Source of the DNA: Anaerolineae bacterium
Lineage (GTDB): Bacteria; Chloroflexota; Anaerolineae; B4-G1; SLSP01
Length of the DNA: 27,201 nucleotides
Assembly (NCBI GenBank): GCA_021107605.1
Contig: JAIOSN010000031.1
Location: 1 to 27,201 of the forward strand
Reading direction: 5' to 3'
Below, piece by piece: positions 16,921 to 25,862 of this stretch. Every line of letters starts with the position of its first letter. Position 1 is the first letter of the stretch. The notes beneath the pieces are model-generated. The model did not search any database and had not been told where the DNA came from. It was given only the letters and a program-made list of their open reading frames with translations. Made by a program: the position numbers and the translations under genes.

Positions 16921-18152
16921 TATTCGTGTTCCTCCGCCTCTCTTCCCAGATCATCTTCCACCAATTGAGCTCGCTGGTTTAATTCCTCCAACACGCGCAT
17001 GATCACCCAAAAGATAGCGAGCTGAATACCCAGCAATGTTAACACAGTGCCGGCCAAGAGATAGAGCCAGAGGCGTTCGATTTCCCAACCACGCAATCCC
17101 AGTATAAGGCTAACAACGCCAAAGCTAATCCCACTCAACATAGCTAGCAACCCCAGCCACCAAAAATGTAATTCCAGCGGGGGATCAAAGAGAGGGCGAC
17201 CAAAAAGTCCCTGGCGTATGGGCCGTTGATGAAAAAGGGAGACCAGCTGGTTGAAAGTGGCGCCCAAAGCAAAGATACTAACTCCAGCTATACCTAAAAC
17301 TACGGATACAAAGGCCCCGGTTACTCCCCACGGGGATAATTCGCTGGTTCCAGATATGCGCACCCCGACTAGGATCAAAGCGATCAATAATCCAATACTT
17401 ATTAACCCCGCTCCAATGCTACCTAGAATCCGGACTGGATTGTAAGATAAGGCTGTCCAGATAATGGTACCGAGAAACCGCATCCCATCTTCAACCACAT
17501 TCAATTTAGAGGCGCCCTCACGCTCCTTATAGGGCATGGGTATTTCCACCAGAGTCAAATTCTCATGTACGGCACGGGTGCTCATCACTGGAGTAAAATT
17601 AAGGCCATCAGGCAAGGGATAAAGAGAAGTAAGAGCAGCGCGACGCATAACGCGCATCCCACTAGCCGGATCGACAACCCGATGGTTGCTTAACAAGGAA
17701 ACCAAACTTGACCATAAAAGGTTGCCCAATTGACGTACTCTGGGCATCTCGCTTTCAGCGCCGGAACGCCGGGAGCCGACCACCACATCAGCCCCATGGA
17801 AGATTTCTTGGCAGAGAGCGGGGAAGGATTCGGGGGGATAAGTGCCATCCGCATCTAAAAAGCCTAGCAACTCTCCTCGCGCGGCATGGAAACCTGTTTT
17901 AAGCGCAGCGCCGTAACCTCGGTTGGGATCATGCCGCAGCAACCGCACGGTTGGATACTGTGCTGCGATCTCTGCAGTGCGGTCTTTAGAGCCGTCATCT
18001 ACTACCAAGAGCTCTAACCCTAGCTTGATTTCGGCTAATGCAGGACGGATTGATAAAGTTCGCTCAATAATCTCTGCTATTCCTGCTTCCTCATTGTAGG
18101 CTGGGATCACTACGGAAAGAGTGGAGAATTCCGCTACTTTAACAGCACTCAT
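16920..18152 (-). CDS. GT2 glycosyltransferase, DPM-synthase/polyprenol-phosphate type, with C-terminal TM helices
   Basis: VVIPAYNE, VVDDGSKD, NRGYGAA, FLDADG, VVVGSR, SGMR, and about 4 C-terminal hydrophobic segments. Confidence 0.9.
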   Translation of the reverse strand: MSAVKVAEFSTLSVVIPAYNEEAGIAEIIERTLSIRPALAEIKLGLELLVVDDGSKDRTAEIAAQYPTVRLLRHDPNRGYGAALKTGFHAARGELLGFLDADGTYPPESFPALCQEIFHGADVVVGSRRSGAESEMPRVRQLGNLLWSSLVSLLSNHRVVDPASGMRVMRRAALTSLYPLPDGLNFTPVMSTRAVHENLTLVEIPMPYKEREGASKLNVVEDGMRFLGTIIWTALSYNPVRILGSIGAGLISIGLLIALILVGVRISGTSELSPWGVTGAFVSVVLGIAGVSIFALGATFNQLVSLFHQRPIRQGLFGRPLFDPPLELHFWWLGLLAMLSGISFGVVSLILGLRGWEIERLWLYLLAGTVLTLLGIQLAIFWVIMRVLEELNQRAQLVEDDLGREAEEHE

Positions 18153-18187
18153 ATTATTTCTTCCTTACTCAATCAGGTTAATGATGA

Positions 18188-18931
18188 TTAAAAAAATACT
18201 TCCCGACTACGTGGATGGGGAACTTTTTGCTCCGTGATGGAACGCAGCACTTTGGCCGGAACGCCTCCCACCACGGTATGCGCGGGGACGGCATGAGTCA
18301 CTACCGCGCCAGCAGCCACGACTGACCCGCGACCTACGCGCACACCGTCAGTAATGATCGCCCCTGATCCAATCCAGACATCATCCTCAATCACAATCCC
18401 CTCGGCAGTAAGTCCTTGTTCCACAAATGAACGGGTAGGGTCTTCAAAGACGTGATTTACGGCGATGATCTGGACAAAGGGAGAGGTGTAAACGCGGTCT
18501 CCTAAGGTTACTCCGCCTTGTCCCCGGATCACTGTATATTCTCCAATCAGGCTATCTGCTCCTATCTGGATACCGGCATGAGGTAGGTCACGGAAATTAT
18601 AAACGTGGAGTACCGCACCGTGCATGATCAGCGTCCCGGCTCCGATCACTATTCCTTGTGGGCAAGCGTGGAGATAGACGCCTTCGTCCAGGTAGGAGCC
18701 AGCCCCTAACTTGATGTGATTAGCAAAACGCAGCCGTACACCTGACTCAATGGCGGCTACCCCCTCCATCTGTAACATCAAACGGTAGCTTACAGCCCGC
18801 AGGCCGATACCAATGAGGGTGGGAATCCAGCCGGCAAGGACTTGTAACCCTTGCTCCAAAATATACCGGGGGAGGTTATCTGCTTGCCGGCGCAAGTATA
18901 ACCGAGGTCCGCCATTAATACGAGTAGTCAT
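18188..18931 (-). CDS. Hexapeptide-repeat (left-handed beta helix) acyltransferase
   Basis: Repeated IGxG/LGxG/VGxG hexapeptides, [23 protein letters not shown]. Confidence 0.9.
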   Translation of the reverse strand: MTTRINGGPRLYLRRQADNLPRYILEQGLQVLAGWIPTLIGIGLRAVSYRLMLQMEGVAAIESGVRLRFANHIKLGAGSYLDEGVYLHACPQGIVIGAGTLIMHGAVLHVYNFRDLPHAGIQIGADSLIGEYTVIRGQGGVTLGDRVYTSPFVQIIAVNHVFEDPTRSFVEQGLTAEGIVIEDDVWIGSGAIITDGVRVGRGSVVAAGAVVTHAVPAHTVVGGVPAKVLRSITEQKVPHPRSREVFF

Positions 18932-19059
18932 GATTACGGGTTTTCCTTTTTTTGAGTGAGGAGCGATTGGTGTAGTACCCGCTAGAAACCGATATCAGAT
19001 TGGAATAATTGAGCTGTCTTCGGAGACTGATTAATCTAGATGCCGCTTCTCAATAAACC

Positions 19060-19088
19060 AGTATATCATAAACCACTCTACTTGCTAC
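19060..19088 (-). promoter_or_regulatory. Possible sigma70-type promoter for the LbH-GT2-rSAM unit
   Basis: TATACT at 19060-19065; the -35 (GTAGCA) is poor. Confidence 0.25.
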
Positions 19089-19227
19089 CATTTTTTACAG
19101 ATTAACGGTAGATACACCTGATAAGGATTGGCTAAGACGTGAATATAAGCAGCTTGGGGATTGCCGCCAGTTTCATCTAATTCGACAGTGTGCAACAGAC
19201 TCCTCGCTTGAAAGGAACCCGTAAGAG

Positions 19228-22200
19228 TTAGCGCGCTCCCTGAACGACAGTAGAAGGAGTAGCTATGATCGCTGACTCTGATTGCGTGGAGGCGGCTATG
19301 GTTGCCACGAGATTCTGGATGTAGAAGAAATCACCCACTTGGACGACGGGAACATCCAGATATTTGATCAATTCCTCCTGTGGAGCCTCCAAAATCCACG
19401 CTTGGGCCTGGAAAAGGCTCTGATAATCATAGTAGTGTTGGGTCACACCTTCTCCGTGGGTGGCCTCAAAATTAGCGACGAACCAATAAGGAGCTACTTC
19501 GTTGTATTCCGCTACGGCTGTCTGCACTTTAGTCAAAATATGAGCGTGCATATATTCTCCAATTTCAGGAACTAAGAAGATGAAATTCCTAGCTACGCTC
19601 AAAGCTCGGTGATACTCCCCGTCTGTAAAAGGTGTATCTTTTGAAAAAGTGGACATTCGCAAGTTAAGCAATCTGTTAAACTCTGCGCGGACAGCTGCTG
19701 ATTCAGGGTAACCGGCCAGTTCTTCCAATTCCAAATAGCCTAAGTAGCCAGCGAGATAAGCATTGTGGACATAAGGGTATTCTATCAAATACTCATTAGC
19801 AGGCGGAGATTCTAACTTGCTGGAGCTAGTATCAAATACCTCTTGCGCAGAGCCGAAAACTTCCGCATATTTCCACAATCCATAAAACATCTGGGGCGGC
19901 CATGTCCAGCCAGCAAAGCTATATCCGGTGATTTTGGGGATACTGTTTTCTCTATCCGACTCAACCTCTTGAGGGAAACTGGAAGATTCGCGGGTAGTGC
20001 CATCTCGCCAGCCTATGTGTGTGTATTGGGTCGGTGAGAAGTTCTGATATTCACTTTGCAGATATGTCTTAACTTGTTGTTGTTGATTTTCCGGTAGATA
20101 GGGTAAGGCCATAATCAATGTATAGAGTACATCTGTCGGCTGGTGCCAGTAATCAAGCAAGTGATCTCCGTAGTCTTCTTTGGTGCGGATGTCAAATAAA
20201 CCCACGCTGCGATAGCCAGGACAGAGATGCCCGGCAGTTAATATCTTTTGGATCTCTTGTGACAAACAATTCTTCAATGTCGTTGTTGTAGCAAGCGTCA
20301 AATCAGCATTTTGGACAGCCACAGTTTCTAACAGCGGGAGCGCGGTTGGCGTACCAGGATCATTGCCAAAGGCGATAATCGAGTTGCTGCGGTGCATGTA
20401 AATTTTTCCTTGATAGGGAATAGGGGCATTCTGGTCTCCGTGCTGCCCATAGATACCATTGAGGCTATGGTCTGGCCCTCTAAAAAGGTTGTTGATCGTG
20501 TAGTCGGTGGAGTTAACGCCTTCATACAAATCGTTGTATCCTGGAATTAGGGATGCTAAATTGTAACTAAAGTAGACCCACTCTCTAGTGGCATCCGCGT
20601 CACTGGGATAGAACTGGGTATTTGGAATAGTGACGTCAAATGCTCCCGCCGAACGGTCATTACAATGGTTCCAGTAAATAAGATTTCCGCCACCCGAATA
20701 GGCCAGCGGCTCATCCATGGCTTTCCAAAGCGAACTGGGCGTACTGATCTTCGAGGAGCCGACCTCCCAGCCGCTCACCTGTCCGCCGGGGATCCATTCA
20801 TCTGACATATAGTGGTTGGATTGATAGAGCTTCCTATCTACACTCACCACGGGAGGATAACGATTGCCGCTATGTGTGCCGTGCCAGAGGATCGGGGCAT
20901 ATTCTGCTACTGTGTCATAATCAAAATCGAAGGTAACTTCTTCTCCGGTTTCCTTATTCAGGACAAAGTAAGTGCGCCGCCAGGGTTTCTCTTCAAAGTA
21001 TTGTAGTGCGCGAGTAGCATCAACTAACCCGGCTGCATTGCGTCCGCCAAAGAGCGTGCCTCTAGGGTCACTGGCCCTCGCCGGATAAACATCATCCCGC
21101 TCTTTCCCCAGTAAGTCAGTGCTCTCGGCTGGGGGGAGGTAATGTCGATAATTATTACTCCCGGCAAATACCACGACGTTTGTCTCTGGTTGTATCACCG
21201 GCCACCAAGAATGAAATCCCGCGCCCGGCAGCTGATCTGATTTCCAAACCAAGCTGCCTGTTTGAGCATCAAGTGCGTAAGCATAAGAATCGTTGGAGGC
21301 AAAGTAGATGGTGCCAGCATGGTAAGCTGCCGAGAAAAGAATAGGGCCAGCGGTCTTATATTTCCAGGCTAGTTGTCCTGCATTCGGCTCACCTTGAGCA
21401 TGGATTGCATAAAGGTATCCATCTCTATTGCCCACATACACTTTACCTTCCACAACCAATGGGTTGGTTTGGAAACCAGCAGTTGCCTCAAAGACCCATA
21501 GCGACTCGCCCGTCAGGGCATCAATAGCGTGCAATTTGTGATCAAGACCGCCGACGTATACCACCCTATCTTTAACGGTAGGAGAATGTCCCAACGGCAT
21601 CTCGGTAGGATACACCCAGACTTCAGCTCCGGTGGCAGCGTCTAAAGCGTAGAGACCTCTAGCCGTGGAGATGTAGAGTTGCCCATTTGCAGCAATAATC
21701 TGCACTTGGGGGGGGATATACGGCTCGATTGGTCGAAACCAGACCGGCTTTAGGGCTCCTCTTACTTCTTCTGACGTCCAGGAAGTCCGTTGAGGATTGG
21801 CTCCTGCCATAGGCCATTCCGTATGCCTACCCTTAAGAAGCAAGGGAAGATAGTTGTGGTAAGCATTAGTGAGCAGTATTGCAGTGTCGCTATTGCCTTC
21901 TCCATCAGCTTGGCGTAACTCTGCTATATTGACGAGACTTTGTATGTAGTATGTAGTGATCGTGACGGGATATTGAATAGTGACTTCTTGTCCATTGGTT
22001 AAAATATCGCTCCAGGTGAAACTATGTTGTGAACTTTCATAGAGAGGCTCTACTGTGGTGCCTGCCAACTTAAAAGACAAGGGGGCAGTCACGCCTATTG
22101 GTAAGGTATCGGTCAATGTATGTGAGCCTTCAGTGCCGAAAAGATGCAAGGTGTAAGTTACCGTGTTACCATAATCTCCATTGCTCGGAGCGACAGTTTT

Positions 22201-23601
22201 AACTATATCGGCTACTGGCTTTCCCCAAGCGACAGTGAGCGTGGGGCGACCGGCCGCGTTCCAATCGTCGGCATCCGCAGAAATGAAGTACTTGCCGCCA
22301 TGATAGTCCCAATCAGATTGATAGAGAGCCAAGCGTAAAGGGATACCGCTCGCGTAGGCTTCAGCCACAGAACGACTTACATCCCAATGGTAGGGTATCC
22401 CTGGCCAATCAGGAGTTTCGGTAACTGGCTCTACCCAGGTCGCAGCAATGTTCTCTTGGGCCAGTGGAGCGTTATTCCAGGTCAATGTCTGTTCATCCCA
22501 ATCCTCTCCCACCGTGAGGGCCTGGATCAGGGATGGTTGTGCTTGCCTGGGATCACAGTTCCCAAAGTGATGGAGCGTCAAGGTTGCCGAGATGACAACT
22601 TTATCTGCGGGTAATGTGTCTAGGGGGAAAGTGACGTAATACTTAGAGATACAAGGCCAATCTCCAGCATCAGCTAAATTCTGAACATTGAAAAATTCCT
22701 GATGCGCATAATTCAGCTCGCCCCAGGCAGAAAAATAATCTGGCTTGGCCGGATTTCCACAGTCGGTGCCACCACCTACCATCGCGTCAGGAACGATTAT
22801 TCCAGCTAACCCTTCTCGAATGATGGTGATAGTTTCAGAGATAGCCGCTGGGGGGGTAAACTCTTCTGAAGGGTCAAAAACCAGCTCGCCCCAAGAGCTT
22901 GGATTTTGAGACGACATTATTTCAGGCCAAGATTGGTCCGTCAGGGGTGCGGCTTCCAGAGCATCGCGGTCATGCAGGACTATGGCCATTCCCCAGATGC
23001 TCCCCGGTGCCGGCGCTGCTTGTAGTCCCAAACTGGCAAAAGGAATCACATAAGATAATGTCCAGGCGCGGTCATCAACATTGTCGTTAGGAGCATTACC
23101 TCGCCAACCTGAGGTGGTAGTGAAGGGTAGGGTAACGCTTACCCATTCGTCGCCTTGCCCTAGGTAAGCGGCCTGGTAGTTATCGCGTGGTTCCTCCCAC
23201 CAATTTAATGTGGCATCAAAGCGGTAGGTGTCTGCGTCCAAGACGTCATCAGTATTGCCATTTTGGCTTAGATAGAGAGTGACTGCATCCCAATTCGTCA
23301 AATCGTCTGCTGAAGGGTTCGACTTATACCAAAGTCGCCGGTCAAAGACCGCAATGCGTAGGTAAAGATGCTGGTCCCTGTATCCTACTCGTACATCAGC
23401 TGCGTTACTATCGGCAGAGAGAGTTCCAAACCAGAAAATGGCCGTCTCTGAGAAATGCACGTGATCGTCAAAATAAGGTACATTGACGCGACGGAGATGA
23501 GGGTTTGCTTGTCCGCTTACGTCCAGTGATAGGTGAGCGTAAATTAGCAAAGAAACCAAAGCTACTAAGAAAGCAAAGCGTTTTAGTGATCGAAAAATCA
23601 T
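19228..23601 (-). CDS. Large secreted multidomain protein: CBM9/DOMON-like, DNRLRE-like, DUF11-like, YLPL motif, PQQ-like beta-propeller, helical C-terminal region (1457 aa)
   Basis: Signal peptide; DVRVGY..LYLRIAVFD..WTLSYVIPFASLG; VISATLTL..WDEQTLTWNNAP; IVKTV..GNTVTYTL; YLPLLLK; WPMAGANPQRT followed by LYALDAATG..W repeats. GAGG SD. Domain names are recognition-level calls. Confidence 0.78.
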   Translation of the reverse strand: MIFRSLKRFAFLVALVSLLIYAHLSLDVSGQANPHLRRVNVPYFDDHVHFSETAIFWFGTLSADSNAADVRVGYRDQHLYLRIAVFDRRLWYKSNPSADDLTNWDAVTLYLSQNGNTDDVLDADTYRFDATLNWWEEPRDNYQAAYLGQGDEWVSVTLPFTTTSGWRGNAPNDNVDDRAWTLSYVIPFASLGLQAAPAPGSIWGMAIVLHDRDALEAAPLTDQSWPEIMSSQNPSSWGELVFDPSEEFTPPAAISETITIIREGLAGIIVPDAMVGGGTDCGNPAKPDYFSAWGELNYAHQEFFNVQNLADAGDWPCISKYYVTFPLDTLPADKVVISATLTLHHFGNCDPRQAQPSLIQALTVGEDWDEQTLTWNNAPLAQENIAATWVEPVTETPDWPGIPYHWDVSRSVAEAYASGIPLRLALYQSDWDYHGGKYFISADADDWNAAGRPTLTVAWGKPVADIVKTVAPSNGDYGNTVTYTLHLFGTEGSHTLTDTLPIGVTAPLSFKLAGTTVEPLYESSQHSFTWSDILTNGQEVTIQYPVTITTYYIQSLVNIAELRQADGEGNSDTAILLTNAYHNYLPLLLKGRHTEWPMAGANPQRTSWTSEEVRGALKPVWFRPIEPYIPPQVQIIAANGQLYISTARGLYALDAATGAEVWVYPTEMPLGHSPTVKDRVVYVGGLDHKLHAIDALTGESLWVFEATAGFQTNPLVVEGKVYVGNRDGYLYAIHAQGEPNAGQLAWKYKTAGPILFSAAYHAGTIYFASNDSYAYALDAQTGSLVWKSDQLPGAGFHSWWPVIQPETNVVVFAGSNNYRHYLPPAESTDLLGKERDDVYPARASDPRGTLFGGRNAAGLVDATRALQYFEEKPWRRTYFVLNKETGEEVTFDFDYDTVAEYAPILWHGTHSGNRYPPVVSVDRKLYQSNHYMSDEWIPGGQVSGWEVGSSKISTPSSLWKAMDEPLAYSGGGNLIYWNHCNDRSAGAFDVTIPNTQFYPSDADATREWVYFSYNLASLIPGYNDLYEGVNSTDYTINNLFRGPDHSLNGIYGQHGDQNAPIPYQGKIYMHRSNSIIAFGNDPGTPTALPLLETVAVQNADLTLATTTTLKNCLSQEIQKILTAGHLCPGYRSVGLFDIRTKEDYGDHLLDYWHQPTDVLYTLIMALPYLPENQQQQVKTYLQSEYQNFSPTQYTHIGWRDGTTRESSSFPQEVESDRENSIPKITGYSFAGWTWPPQMFYGLWKYAEVFGSAQEVFDTSSSKLESPPANEYLIEYPYVHNAYLAGYLGYLELEELAGYPESAAVRAEFNRLLNLRMSTFSKDTPFTDGEYHRALSVARNFIFLVPEIGEYMHAHILTKVQTAVAEYNEVAPYWFVANFEATHGEGVTQHYYDYQSLFQAQAWILEAPQEELIKYLDVPVVQVGDFFYIQNLVATIAASTQSESAIIATPSTVVQGAR

Positions 23602-23638
23602 TTTTCCACCTCAAATGTTATTAAGTTAAGCCACTGAC

Positions 23639-23742
23639 CAGACCTCGGAGGTCTGCTGCGATCCTAGCCCGAAAGAAACTTACTGCAGATAAGACGTGGT
23701 TTGCAGCTAGGCAGCGCTACCAGAAACCTCTGAGGTCTTATC
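23639..23742. repeat. REP-like palindrome pair
   Basis: CAGACCTC-G-GAGGTCTG (23639-23655, perfect) and AAACCTC-T-GAGGTCT (23724-23738); also GATAAGAC (23688-23695) and GTCTTATC (23735-23742). Confidence 0.65.
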
Positions 23743-23756
23743 TTAATGACATTGGC

Positions 23757-23785
23757 AGTATAACCAATAAGGGAATTTTGGGCAA
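23757..23785 (-). promoter_or_regulatory. Putative sigma70 promoter for the 1457-aa gene
   Basis: TTGCCC-17 bp-TATACT on the minus strand, about 150 nt upstream of the start. Confidence 0.5.
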
Positions 23786-24044
23786 GGGAAGAGTAAGTAA
23801 TGCTACCATCAATCAAATAGGCGGATAGTACCAGTCCCCCCTACTGTGGGGAATAATTGAAAGTGACAAATGGCAAGCTGCCAGACTGGTATTGTAGATA
23901 CGTAAGAGGTAAATTGCGAGGTTTATATCAAGTTGGCTCTACGGGCGCAGATGGTATTTCGTATAGCCAGTTTTATTTTTTGAGGCATAATTTTATATTT
24001 GATATACGTTTCATTGTAGAGATCGGCATGACTACGCGAAATAA

Positions 24045-24692
24045 CTATGGTTTTCTCTCGAATTTGAAGCCGTGTCCACGCACAGTTACCAGATATTCAT
24101 GATCCGGTGCTAATTCTGCTAACCGCTCGCGTAACCTATACACTAACGCATCCACCGCTTGATCTGTCACTCCACCCAGAGCCTCTGGCCAAATAGTCTC
24201 AATCACGGTTTGCCGTTTCACCACATCGCCACCACGCGCCATTAAGAGAGCTAGTAAGCAAAATTGAGATGGAGATAATGGCGGCTCCAATTCGCGGCGC
24301 CCTAAAGTGACCTGCCGCGCATCTTGATCAATCGTCAGGGATGGCGCTATACTCATTAAGCCTGCCAACGGCAAAGTGGCCTCTCCAGCGACATACCCCA
24401 TCCGCACCGTCCCCGCCAAAAATATCTCGTCGCCATCGCGCAACCGGTAAGGTTGTCCCCGGACTGGCTCAGCATTGACCTGCGTACCATTCTTACTACC
24501 TAAATCACGTAGCAAAACACCATCTTCGTCATGCTCAAATCGCGCATGGTACCGGGAAATTTGCCGTTCCAAAAAGACAACATCGCAATCAGACGAGCGA
24601 CCTAGTGTCAGCGCGCTCTCCTGCAACGGCCACCGAGTCCCTGCCAGAGTGCCATCATAAATAATCAACATAGGTACATTTTTTTTGTCCAT
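24045..24692 (-). CDS. FHA domain plus OmpR/PhoB-type winged-helix transcriptional regulator
   Basis: LGRSSDCD..ISRYHA..DLGSKNGT (FHA); LSPSQFCLLALL..VVKRQTVIETIW..VDALVYRLRERL..VTVRGHGF (wHTH). ATG 24692 has a GGTGG SD; the alternative start is GTG 24701. Confidence 0.9.
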   Translation of the reverse strand: MDKKNVPMLIIYDGTLAGTRWPLQESALTLGRSSDCDVVFLERQISRYHARFEHDEDGVLLRDLGSKNGTQVNAEPVRGQPYRLRDGDEIFLAGTVRMGYVAGEATLPLAGLMSIAPSLTIDQDARQVTLGRRELEPPLSPSQFCLLALLMARGGDVVKRQTVIETIWPEALGGVTDQAVDALVYRLRERLAELAPDHEYLVTVRGHGFKFERKP

Positions 24693-24704
24693 AATCACCA
24701 CCAG

Positions 24705-24757
24705 TTGACATTTGATACATCACGAATAGTATAGAGACGATGACCAAATTGTTAGAA
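24705..24757. promoter_or_regulatory. Overlapping divergent promoters
   Basis: Plus strand: TTGACA (24705-24710)-16 bp-TAGTAT (24727-24732). Minus strand: TTCTAA-18 bp-TATACT (24728-24733). Confidence 0.5.
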
Positions 24758-25738
24758 TCTGGAATAGTTTTGCGAGAACGTTACCAAATCGTCAGCCCGA
24801 TTGGGCAAGGCGGCATGGGAGCTGTTTACCGTGCCGCCGACTTGCTGCTACCTGGTCGCGTCTGTGCCTTGAAAGAAATTGCCCCTCGTGAAAATGAGTT
24901 ATCTGACGAGGCGCTCCGGCAACTGCAAACCCAGTTCCGGCGCGAAGCAAGAGTGCTAGCCCGTTTGGATCATCCCAACTTACCTAAGGTTTCCGACTAT
25001 TTTACAGCAAAGAGTCGCGAATATCTGGTAATGGATTTTGTTCCCGGCTATGATTTACGCGAGATCATTGAGCAGCAGAAAGAAAAAGGGATATTTCTAG
25101 AATACCAACGCGTTATGCGCTGGATTGAACAGTTATGTGACGCGCTTACTTACTTACACTCGCAAGCCCCCCCCATACTCCATCGAGATATCAAACCCTC
25201 CAATATCAAACTGACTCCCTCTGGATTCTTGAAACTCGTGGATTTTGGCTTAGTAAAATTACTCACTAGTGATAAAGCCCGAACTATCACAGTGGTGCAA
25301 GGAAGAGGCACAGCCGCCTACACGCCGCTAGAACAATATGGCAGTGATGATGAACATACCAACATTCAGAGCGATATCTACGCTCTGACAGCGACGCTCT
25401 ACCATCTGCTAACAGGAAGACCACCCGCAACAGCCCAAGAGCGCTTCCTTAATCCCAAGATCCTGGTGCTGCCAAGCAAGATCAACGCTGACATTCCGGC
25501 CCACGTTGAGCGAGTTATTCTACAAGCGCTCTCTCTGCATCCTGATGATCGTCCACCCGATGTTGAAACATTCCGCGCTCTGCTGCGGCAGGAACAAGCG
25601 ACCTCCTCCACTGACACGGTTGACACGGTGATGAATAATTCTCCCCGCCCTCATTGGAAGGACATGCTGCGGGCAAACATCCACCTGGTGATAGCTTCTG
25701 CCATCTTGATATTTTTGGCCATCCTGCTAACACCTTAG
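24740..25738 (+). CDS. Hanks-type Ser/Thr protein kinase with C-terminal TM helix
   Basis: GQGGMGAVY, ALKE, HRDIKPSN, DFG, GTAAY, SDIYAL; ends in a hydrophobic helix. Confidence 0.95.
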   Translation: MTKLLESGIVLRERYQIVSPIGQGGMGAVYRAADLLLPGRVCALKEIAPRENELSDEALRQLQTQFRREARVLARLDHPNLPKVSDYFTAKSREYLVMDFVPGYDLREIIEQQKEKGIFLEYQRVMRWIEQLCDALTYLHSQAPPILHRDIKPSNIKLTPSGFLKLVDFGLVKLLTSDKARTITVVQGRGTAAYTPLEQYGSDDEHTNIQSDIYALTATLYHLLTGRPPATAQERFLNPKILVLPSKINADIPAHVERVILQALSLHPDDRPPDVETFRALLRQEQATSSTDTVDTVMNNSPRPHWKDMLRANIHLVIASAILIFLAILLTP

Positions 25739-25784
25739 TAAAATTTATGAGGGTGCATTTCAAATGAGTTGAGAGCTCTGTCCG

Positions 25785-25841
25785 GGTTGCGTGTTGCGTA
25801 AATCTTCTCCAAACGGAACACGCAATACGCAATACGCAACC
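25785..25841. terminator. Heptamer-based hairpin between convergent genes, possible bidirectional terminator
   Basis: GGTTGCGTGTTGCGTA and TACGCAATACGCAACC form 16-bp arms with one G-T pair; no clear U-tract directly adjacent. Confidence 0.5.
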
Positions 25842-25862
25842 AGAAATTCGCCCGATTGTTTT

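Noticed and set aside
19012-19030. GTCT-TCGG-AGAC mini hairpin
   Set aside because: A 4-bp stem is expected by chance.
19282-22614. Short plus-strand ORFs within the 1457-aa gene
   Set aside because: Antisense to a long motif-rich ORF.
19083-23809. ATGGTAGCA upstream of two units as an ops/JUMPstart element
   Set aside because: Only a 9-bp match (19083-19091 and 23801-23809); it lacks GGCGGTAG, and the 23801 copy lies upstream of the predicted promoter.
23857-24102. 81-aa plus-strand ORF
   Set aside because: TTG start, no SD, no motif, and it overlaps the end of the FHA gene.
25315-25340. Kinase TPLE instead of APE as a pseudokinase sign
   Set aside because: The Glu is retained, and the ALK, HRD and DFG motifs are intact.
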